NCBI GenBank assembly: GCA_026002915.1
Contig: BPGG01000001.1
Coordinates: 1,312,366-1,376,365, forward strand
Reading direction: 5' to 3'
Length of the DNA stretch: 64,000 nucleotides
From: Acidimicrobiales bacterium
GTDB taxonomy: Bacteria > Actinomycetota > Acidimicrobiia > Acidimicrobiales > BPGG01
In this document: piece after piece, positions 8,829 through 15,304 of the stretch
How positions within the stretch are numbered: position 1 is the first letter of the stretch
How the letters are laid out: each line of letters starts with the position of its first letter
The notes under the pieces: model-generated
The model's input: the letters and a program-made list of their open reading frames with translations, nothing else
The model's database searches: none
Told to the model about the DNA's origin: nothing
Position numbers and translations under genes: made by a program

Positions 8829-9974
8829 GTGGACTTGGACGTCGCGAACGGACCCCGGGAACGTTCCGGACGGGAAAGCCCAACAGGTGAGCAGAGCCGC
8901 CTGGCCCTTCTCGTAGCCGAGTCGTCGGTGATCATATGCACGGGATCCGGAGGGGTGGGGAAGACGACGGTCGCGGCGAGCATTGCCATGGAGGCAGCTG
9001 CACAGGGAAAACGTGCATGCGTCGTGACGATCGACCCGGCCAAGCGCCTGGCCGACGCTCTCGGATTGAGAGGGGGGCTCTCGAACGAGCCGCGTCGCAT
9101 CCAGGGGCCTTGGAGCGGTGAGTTGTGGGCGATGATGCTCGACACGAAGTCCACCTTCGACGCGCTGGTCGCCAAGTACGCGGGGGACCCCCAGCAGGCA
9201 GAGCGGATACTGAAGAACCGCTTCTACAGAAACATCTCCGGTGCCCTGTCGGGAACGCAGGAGTACATGGCGATGGAGAAGCTCTACGAATTGCACGAAG
9301 AGTCGGACTTCGATCTCGTGGTCGTCGACACACCACCCACCCGGAACGCTCTGGATTTCCTCGAGGCTCCCTCTCATCTGACCCGCTTCCTCGACCATCG
9401 CCTCTACAGGCTGCTCACCGCCCCGGGCCGTGGGGCCCTGCGCGCCGTGAACCTGGCCGCCCAAGCGTTCCTGCGCACCGTCTCCAGGGTCGTCGGGAGC
9501 GAAGTGGTGGAGGATGCCATCGCCTTCTTCCGAGCCTTCGAGGGGATGGAAGACGGGTTCCGCAACCGGGCCAAGAAGGTGGACGAGCTGATCGCGAGCC
9601 CCGGCACTGCTTTCGTGCTGGTGACCTCGCCGAGGCGCGACACCCTCGAGGAGGCTCGATATTTCGCCGAAAAGCTCGCCGAATCAGGTCTGCGGGTGCA
9701 GGCGCTGGTCGTGAACCGGATGCATCCGAGGTTCGGAGAGCCGAGGTCCGCGGACGCCAACAGAGAGCGAGCGAGGACCTTCGCGGGGAAGCCGCTCGGA
9801 GCCCTCTACGAGAACCTCGCGGATCTGCAGACCGTGCGTGGCCGGGAGGAAGAGCACTTGCAGGGGATCACGGCCTTGGCGCCAGATGCAGCCGTGGTGA
9901 TGGTGCCGTTCCTCGAAACAGACGTCCACGACCTCGACGGTCTTGCGAGGGTGTGCCGCCACCTGTTCGACTGA
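8829..9974 (+). CDS. ArsA/Get3-like ATPase (Rv3680-like)
   Basis: GSGGVGKTTVAASIA P-loop, VTIDPAKRLADALGL and VVDTPPTRNALDFLEAP. The GTG start lies 4 nt after the upstream stop. Confidence 0.8.
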   Translation: MDLDVANGPRERSGRESPTGEQSRLALLVAESSVIICTGSGGVGKTTVAASIAMEAAAQGKRACVVTIDPAKRLADALGLRGGLSNEPRRIQGPWSGELWAMMLDTKSTFDALVAKYAGDPQQAERILKNRFYRNISGALSGTQEYMAMEKLYELHEESDFDLVVVDTPPTRNALDFLEAPSHLTRFLDHRLYRLLTAPGRGALRAVNLAAQAFLRTVSRVVGSEVVEDAIAFFRAFEGMEDGFRNRAKKVDELIASPGTAFVLVTSPRRDTLEEARYFAEKLAESGLRVQALVVNRMHPRFGEPRSADANRERARTFAGKPLGALYENLADLQTVRGREEEHLQGITALAPDAAVVMVPFLETDVHDLDGLARVCRHLFD

Positions 9975-10030
9975 GCTCGTCCGAGTCGAGTCGGTCTCCG
10001 GCTCTGCCGGTGGTTGCCGTCATGACGTAG

Positions 10031-10372
10031 TCAAGAGACTCCCAAGGCTTCTGCAGCTTCCTCGACCGTTTCGGTCACCGGGACTATCCGGTCGAAGCCG
10101 GTGGTGTGCAGCAGCCTCGTGAGGCTCGCCCGGCTGCACGCCACCGCCACGTCGGTGTTGGCTTCTCTGGCGCGACGAATACCCCCAATGAGGGCCCCGA
10201 GCCCCGCGGAATCCATGAAGGGCACCTCCGACAGGTCGATCAACAATCGCTTGCTGGTCGCGAGCTCGTTCAGCTTCTCACGGAAAGGTCCCACCGTGTA
10301 GGCGTCGAGCTCTCCGACAGGGCGGCAGATGACGTGATCGTTCCGCTCTTCGACCCGGATCTCCAGCATCAC
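10031..10372 (-). CDS. STAS-domain anti-sigma-factor antagonist
   Basis: LLIDLSEVPFMDSAGLGALIG contains the conserved phosphorylatable Ser in DSAGLG. Length is 113 aa. Confidence 0.85.
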   Translation of the reverse strand: MMLEIRVEERNDHVICRPVGELDAYTVGPFREKLNELATSKRLLIDLSEVPFMDSAGLGALIGGIRRAREANTDVAVACSRASLTRLLHTTGFDRIVPVTETVEEAAEALGVS

Positions 10373-10467
10373 ACCTCCGTTCGATCTACGCGGGGAGGGT
10401 AACCGAGCCTCCTCGCAATGTCAGGGCTGGCAACCTGTCCGGCATCATCCGCCCGCGTCGCACTCCC

Positions 10468-10492
10468 AGTGACCCACGCGTAGTGACCCACG
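10468..10492. promoter_or_regulatory. 11-nt direct repeat AGTGACCCACG x2 (14-nt period) between divergent STAS and response-regulator genes
   Basis: Identical copies at 10468-10478 and 10482-10492. The second copy overlaps a CACGTG palindrome. Confidence 0.3.
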
Positions 10493-10556
10493 TGCCTGGC
10501 AACTATGAGCGTGCGGTGGGGACAGGGATCGACCGTCGGAAGCGACGGAAGCTCCG

Positions 10557-10995
10557 GTGGGTAGGCTTACGGGGGTGACCAAGATCCTCGTAGTCACCGA
10601 CTCCGACTCTTTGGCGAGTGAGTTGGAGCTCCAGCTTGCCGGCCCCCACACCGAAGTGCGACGCTTCGCCGACGGCCGAGCGGCGCTGGTAGCCGTGGCG
10701 TTAGACGCACCGGATGTCGTCATCTGTGACATGCAGGTCTCGAACATGGGCGGGATAGCGATCTGCATGGACCTCAAGCTGGAGGCGGGGGCAGGTCGCC
10801 TTCCCGAGGGTACCGGTCCTGCTGCTACTGGATCGGCCGCACGACGTCTTTCTGGCCCGGCGTGCACACGCAGATGCATGGCTGGTAAAGCCGTTCCACG
10901 CCCATGAGCTGAGGAGGACGGTGCACCGCCTCGTCGATGCCCCTCAGAGCGCAGACGCGCTGCCAGCGCAAGTACCGGCCGGCAATCCTGGCTGA
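10557..10995 (+). pseudogene. stand-alone receiver-domain response regulator, interrupted by a 1-nt frameshift
   Basis: Frame 0 encodes beta1-alpha3 (KILVVTDSDS..., VVICDMQVSNMGG) and then runs into nonsense. The +1 frame from 10810 encodes the rest ([42 protein letters not shown], stop 10993-10995). The junction is at the G run 10808-10810. Confidence 0.7.
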
Positions 10996-11056
10996 AGGGG
11001 TCCGAACCGACGACGGTCCGACCTGCCGGGAACGTGCGGTAGGATTCACCCCCGCA

Positions 11057-11133
11057 CGGGCTGTGGCGCAGTTTGGCAGCGCGCTTCGTTCGGGACGAAG
11101 AGGTCGCCGGTTCAAATCCGGCCAGCCCGACCA
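11057..11133 (+). tRNA. tRNA-Pro (anticodon CGG)
   Basis: Manual cloverleaf: acceptor CGGGCTG/CAGCCCG, D stem GCGC/GCGC, anticodon stem CTTCG/CGAAG with loop TTCGGGA, T arm GCCGG-TTCAAAT-CCGGC, encoded CCA. Confidence 0.9.
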
Positions 11134-11363
11134 AACAATCAAGCGGCGAGCACGTCGGTCATCGATCAACTTCCTAGAGAGAGTGTGGAGTATGTGGTGA
11201 GAGGTGATGAACGAGAGGTGATGTTCGTTGAGCACCATCTCCTCCGTACTAATGCTGGCGCTAGCGAACAGGACCACTGGGTCTGCGCCACCCTCAAGCT
11301 TTGAGACGCTGCACACCTCTGAGATGGGCGTTCCCCACTCCCTCTGGCTATTATTGCTTTACT

Positions 11364-11693
11364 GTGAAGCGGACCCGAACCGGAGCCGAGCGGTACCTAG
11401 CGAGCCGACTGTTGGATCCTACCTATCGGCGGGAGTATGAAGCGGCCCGCGAACAGATCAATCAAGTGGACGATCAAATACAAGCTATCATAAAAGCCCT
11501 CAAGGTGCGTCGGCAAGAGCTGCACATGACCGACGCCGAGCTTGCTAGGCGAGCTGGCCTGGGGCCCAAAGCGGTTCGTGAGCTACTCTCAAGAGATAGG
11601 CCCAATCCTAAGCTCCATACATTAGTAGCCGTCGCATGGGCGTTGGATTTGGAATTTGCTGCCACTCCACACAAATCGCGCAAGTCTAGTTGA
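11364..11693 (+). CDS. XRE-family helix-turn-helix protein (HigA-like antitoxin type)
   Basis: AERYLASRLLDPTYRREYEAAREQ leader followed by HTH_3 (MTDAELARRAGLGPKAVRELLSRDRPNPKLHTLVAVAWALDLEF). GTG 11364 chosen; the track ORF starts at 11301. Confidence 0.75.
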   Translation: MKRTRTGAERYLASRLLDPTYRREYEAAREQINQVDDQIQAIIKALKVRRQELHMTDAELARRAGLGPKAVRELLSRDRPNPKLHTLVAVAWALDLEFAATPHKSRKSS

Positions 11694-12135
11694 GTACCGT
11701 CTTACGTCTCTTAAACTCAGCATATAGGCGCCTGACCCGGTCGTAATCACTCTTACTCGCCGGAGCACGCAGCGGCTTTGATAGCCCAGCTATGCAGACG
11801 ATGCTTGGGCCGCCGAGTTCGTGCGCATTCCGTTCAAGTACACAGAAGAGTCGGTAATTCATTTCTTCTCCGCGTATTCGTAGTTCATACAGCCCGGACA
11901 TCTCGTCCCGCATCGCTTTCCACTTACCTCGAGCAACAAACGATGGTGGAGGACCCTGAGCCACTGCTTCAAGTAAAGCGTGAAAGCGGGCAGCTACCTT
12001 CGGGGGCAATGCGTCAAGAAATTCCTGGGCCGGAACGCTCTCTTGAGGGTCATCTTGAGGATGGCGCTGGAAAAAGTGTATGAGCCAAGGCTCTTTGGGT
12101 TCTTCTGGTCTCGGACTGGCCATGGAGTCACGCAT
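11686..12135 (-). CDS. Gp49/HigB-like (RelE/ParE superfamily) type II toxin
   Basis: PWLIHFF...VPAQEFLDALPPKVAARFHALLEAV...GLYELRIRGEEMNYRLFCVL...IVCIAGLSKP...DYDRVRRLYAEFKRR matches the phage Gp49-like toxin pattern. ATG 12135 lies 1 nt after the upstream stop. Confidence 0.7.
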   Translation of the reverse strand: MRDSMASPRPEEPKEPWLIHFFQRHPQDDPQESVPAQEFLDALPPKVAARFHALLEAVAQGPPPSFVARGKWKAMRDEMSGLYELRIRGEEMNYRLFCVLERNAHELGGPSIVCIAGLSKPLRAPASKSDYDRVRRLYAEFKRRKTVLN

Positions 12136-12136
12136 C

Positions 12137-12952
12137 CTATCCTTCACTCTGGTTATCAGCTTCGAGAGGCTCAGCAGACAGGCGTTCCGCCAAAGTCTCG
12201 ATCCGCTGGACGACATCGCCGATGGTATTGAATGCGCTGGCTGGGAGCGGCCCGTCAGACATGATTTCTAACTTGATCGTCACACGGCCGACTTGCCAGA
12301 CTTGGTGAAGAGTAGGACCGTGTTCTCCCCGGATCTCTTTCGACTGTGAGTGTGTATCGAATTCGACTAAATGGCTGTCAAAGTCAACACCATCTTCTGC
12401 ATCTCTGTGGGCGCCCTCCACTGCTTCAAAGGCTTTGAGAATTATGTGCTGATCAGGCCCAAGTTCTGCCAGTCCAGCTTTCACCGCACTGCGCGCGAAT
12501 GACTCAACAAATTTATCCTTAGACTTCGGTGAAATGCCCAACTCCAATACGGCAACGTTACCCAGCTGCTCCAAGGCGAGAAGTTGCCCCTTCTGACTCT
12601 CCTTATATAGGCGGGCAAACACCGAACAACTCATGAATGCGTCCCTTAATGCCAGGCACTCACCCTCAGGGTCCCTTGGGTATGCGATCGCGCGGCCAAC
12701 ATCGGTCATAGCTAGGCGCTCGCCTCGCCCGCTAACCAGGCCCCAATCACGAAGCGCCGCAAGTTTTTGGCGGAAAGCCCCGCTGTTTGCAGAGCTGTGT
12801 CCTAGGAGTTCGGCAATCGTTGCGATGGAGTGCTCTTCACCATACTTGCCGATCTCCTTGAGGACAGTCGAGGCATCCGTGAGTGGTAAGACGGGGAAAC
12901 CGACCGAACGCCTGCGCTTCACACGAGCCGATGTCTGCCCTGCCGTCTGCAT
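12137..12952 (-). CDS. hypothetical 271-aa protein with winged-helix-like N-terminus, family not recognised
   Basis: ATG 12952 is preceded by AAAGGA. N-terminus SIATIAELLGHSSANSGAFRQKLAALRDWGLVSGRGERLAMTDVGRAI looks like a wHTH. I recognise no motif in the rest. Confidence 0.6.
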   Translation of the reverse strand: MQTAGQTSARVKRRRSVGFPVLPLTDASTVLKEIGKYGEEHSIATIAELLGHSSANSGAFRQKLAALRDWGLVSGRGERLAMTDVGRAIAYPRDPEGECLALRDAFMSCSVFARLYKESQKGQLLALEQLGNVAVLELGISPKSKDKFVESFARSAVKAGLAELGPDQHIILKAFEAVEGAHRDAEDGVDFDSHLVEFDTHSQSKEIRGEHGPTLHQVWQVGRVTIKLEIMSDGPLPASAFNTIGDVVQRIETLAERLSAEPLEADNQSEG

Positions 12953-13117
12953 GTGTTGTCCTTTCGTTCGGATGCCTTCTCCTGAACCCTCTCGCAATCC
13001 TTCACCTCCGTATTCCAAAGCCCGTTACCAAGAGTCCCGCGCTCGCCCGCCGACACAGTGTATCTGGATGCTCGCTGGCCAGTGGGCTACTACTGCCTAC
13101 TATTCGCATAATAAACC

Positions 13118-13123
13118 ATTATA
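13118..13123 (-). promoter_or_regulatory. possible -10 hexamer (TATAAT on minus strand) upstream of the 271-aa ORF
   Basis: Plus-strand attata at 13118-13123 sits within the most AT-rich stretch of the intergenic region. No good -35 is present, and the implied leader would be about 155 nt. Confidence 0.2.
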
Positions 13124-13455
13124 GCCGGATCCGGGCCCAGCGTCGCAGCTCTCGGCATTTACTTCGCACAGTCTGTAACAGTCTTCTTGCGGGCTAGTTG
13201 GACACTCAGCGTGACAGTTCGCAAGTGAGGCGCGTGCGCTAGTTACGCGCTCGTGTAACGTGCTCCGCTTGCTAGGTACACAACGCCGCGTACCGTTAGT
13301 CGGTCCCGTAGACAGCGGCTGCCACATTCGCGGATGCGCTAGTGCCCTTTGTGCTCAGAATGGCGGGCTCAACAGATCCTGGACCTTGGTGGCATCTTCC
13401 TCTAGTCGACCGCCCAGATCTGCACAGAGCGCAGCGATTTATCGCAGGATTCCCC

Positions 13456-14199
13456 TCACAGCGCCCAACACTTCAGCCGCACCGGCTCCCCTCCGAGGGC
13501 GTCCCGGATCCCGTCGTATACGGCACCGTCGAGGATCAGCCCTACATGGCCGACCACCCGCGCCCAGCACTGGTCCTGCACCTTCACGTTCTGTGCACCG
13601 TGGCGCTGGGTCGCGTTCTGGACCGGCCTCACCAGCTCGTCATACGCCGTGTAGATGTTCGTGTAGCGCACCGGACCGTAGGTGTCGTCGGTACCGTTCA
13701 GATTCGCCAGGAAAGACGACCCGATCGCCATCTGCTGGCAGGAGACGACGCCGAGACAACTCCCGAGCCCGAAGAAGTTCGCGATGTTCGCCACATAGGT
13801 GCCGTAATGGGGCGTACCCAGGCTTATGAGGCTGTCGACCTTCGAGGCACCCCCGTAGTACTTGACATACGTCCTCGCGACGAGACCTCCCTGGCTGTGC
13901 CCGACTAGGTCGACCTTCGTCGCACCCGTCTGGGAACGCACACGTTCGACGAGGTCTGCCAACGGGCGCGCCGTCTGCATGATGTCGCCGGTGCCCAGCC
14001 CGGGCAGCTCGTAGATCCACACCTGGTACCCGTCGTTGCGCAGGCGTGCGGCAAGCGGTTCGTTGGCAAACGCCGGCGAGAACGTTCCTGCGACGATGAC
14101 CACCGGGTCCCTCGTGGACGACGCAGTGAGCCCAGCAGGAAACACCACAGTGGCTAGCGCTACGGCCAGCGCCGCAGCGACACGTGAGACGACACGCAT
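13456..14199 (-). CDS. secreted triacylglycerol lipase/esterase (lipase class 2-like alpha/beta hydrolase)
   Basis: Signal peptide MRVVSRVAAALAVALATVVFPAGLTA and nucleophile elbow GHSQGG. AGGGAG lies 10 nt upstream of ATG 14199. Confidence 0.8.
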   Translation of the reverse strand: MRVVSRVAAALAVALATVVFPAGLTASSTRDPVVIVAGTFSPAFANEPLAARLRNDGYQVWIYELPGLGTGDIMQTARPLADLVERVRSQTGATKVDLVGHSQGGLVARTYVKYYGGASKVDSLISLGTPHYGTYVANIANFFGLGSCLGVVSCQQMAIGSSFLANLNGTDDTYGPVRYTNIYTAYDELVRPVQNATQRHGAQNVKVQDQCWARVVGHVGLILDGAVYDGIRDALGGEPVRLKCWAL

Positions 14200-14285
14200 T
14201 GTTCGACTACTCCCTCCTGCTCCCTCTCCCGCCGGCGAATGGTCCGTGAGGATCATGCCGGGATCGACGCCTTCGGGGAGAGCGT

Positions 14286-14303
14286 ATGGGTCGTCAGACC
14301 CAT
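14286..14303. promoter_or_regulatory. 7-4-7 inverted repeat ATGGGTC-gtca-GACCCAT in the divergent lipase / kinase-like intergenic region
   Basis: Perfect 7-bp arms read directly from the sequence. Its position between divergent starts suggests an operator, but that is only a suggestion. Confidence 0.3.
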
Positions 14304-14461
14304 GTCAAGAACCGGGCGGTAACAACTCCAATCGGTCGTCGGGACACGATGATCCCCTGTCCGATCGTCCCTGCACGCCAGTCCGCACGATTCTTGCACG
14401 CGTGGCTCGTTTCGATGTCGTGTCGTACGATCGAGTCGCAGTCCTCTGGACGGGGTGGGTG

Positions 14462-15184
14462 ATGGACAGACAAAGCGAACTGGAATTGCAGCTCGCCCGG
14501 CTCGAAGCTCACATCCATGAGCTGCACGCCCTTTGCGAATACGTCGCAACCGCAGACCGCCATTACTTGTCCGACACACTGCACGACGGGTGTCTTACGC
14601 CCTTGAGTGAGGCACATGCCCTCCTCGCCACGCTGAGGCAGAGAAGTGATGAAGACGAGCCGAAGCTGGCTCGGGCGCGCGACCTGATCGCTGAGACGAT
14701 CCACAACCTGAAGACCCTGCTCTCCGAGACAGACCCCTCACACCTCGACGAGGTCGAAGACCTCGCCGAGGCCCTGCGCACCTACGCGGAAGAAACCTTG
14801 TCCGACGTCAGAGTCGTCGTGGTAGACCAACTCGACTGCCTCCTCACCGACAGGGTGAGACTGGCACTGCACAGGATTCTGGTGTCCGCCCTCAAATACC
14901 TGGTCGCACCCGTGGCCCGCGGTGCCGTCGTGGTGAAACTGGCCGACGACGCCACCCACGTCCGGACCACCGTCGTCGCCGAGGTGGTTGCGCCCCCCGA
15001 CGAGAGAGTCGGACTTCGCTCGGGCCCAGACCTCACCGCCGTGCGACGTCTCATCGACGCGCGCGCCACCTTGATCGGGGCGAGGGTTCGGGTTTCCATG
15101 GACGCGGACACTTGGACCATGGAGGTATCGCTGCCCCGCGGCATAGCCACCGGTACGGAGCGACTTTTGACCTTGCCGTTCTGA
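14462..15184 (+). CDS. soluble histidine-kinase-like protein (HisKA_3 H-box, degenerate ATPase domain)
   Basis: Coiled-coil N-terminus followed by DTLHDGCLTPLSEAHALL. The C-terminal half aligns to HATPase_c in outline (GARVRVSMDADTWTMEVSLP), but the N-box Asn and DxGxG are not recognisable. No TM helix. ATG 14462 chosen; the track ORF from 14036 runs antisense through the lipase gene. Confidence 0.55.
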   Translation: MDRQSELELQLARLEAHIHELHALCEYVATADRHYLSDTLHDGCLTPLSEAHALLATLRQRSDEDEPKLARARDLIAETIHNLKTLLSETDPSHLDEVEDLAEALRTYAEETLSDVRVVVVDQLDCLLTDRVRLALHRILVSALKYLVAPVARGAVVVKLADDATHVRTTVVAEVVAPPDERVGLRSGPDLTAVRRLIDARATLIGARVRVSMDADTWTMEVSLPRGIATGTERLLTLPF

Positions 15185-15236
15185 ACGTCGAAGTCCGCAA
15201 CCCGACCCCACACCGACGAGACCCCTCCTCAGGCAC

Positions 15237-15300
15237 GTCGGTGGGACAGTTGGTGGGGCAGTCGGTAGGTGCGATAGTCGGAGGGACGGTCGGTGGTATG
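15237..15300. repeat. imperfect 12-nt G-rich tandem repeat (about 5 units, consensus GTCGGTGGGRCA)
   Basis: Units gtcggtgggaca, gttggtggggca, gtcggtaggtgc, (gata) gtcggagggacg, gtcggtggtatg, lying between two convergent gene ends. Confidence 0.6.
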
Positions 15301-15304
15301 TCTG

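Larger units (their letters stand above)
11134..13450. other. low-GC islet adjacent to tRNA-Pro (possible decayed genomic island)
   Basis: Hand-counted 60-nt lines inside give about 48-58% G+C, against about 67-72% in flanking lines. Three ORFs plus about 0.5 kb of non-coding DNA. No integrase found. Confidence 0.5.

Noticed and set aside
11134-11300. Possible remnant of a RelE/ParE-type toxin C-terminus directly after the tRNA (frame from 11185: [20 protein letters not shown]), plus the direct repeat gagaggtgatg x2.
   Set aside because: The resemblance to the ...YR.vY.v.d..v.il.v.H pattern is short and subjective. There is no start codon or N-terminal part. It cannot be supported without a profile search.
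10825-11316. Track ORFs that run through RNA genes: 10825..11316(-) across tRNA-Pro, 45837..46823(+) and 46217..48658(+) across both tRNA-Ser genes, and 45736..46143(-) across ffs and tRNA-Ser.
   Set aside because: These ORF extensions overlap structurally convincing tRNA and SRP RNA genes. Only the downstream parts (tadA from 46356, the ABC exporter from 46805) have protein-family support.
13116-13140. Possible distal att repeat of the tRNA-Pro 3' end: atagccggatccgggcccagcg compared with aatccggccagcccgacca. A second weak candidate, cagcgcccaaca, lies near 13470.
   Set aside because: Only a 6-nt exact core (atccgg) matches, and indels are needed for the rest. This is not distinguishable from chance in GC-rich DNA.
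13100-13327. A 75-aa Cys-rich ORF on the minus strand in the islet's non-coding region.
   Set aside because: It has no Shine-Dalgarno sequence, no motif and an atypical composition. It overlaps the putative promoter region and is probably a chance ORF.
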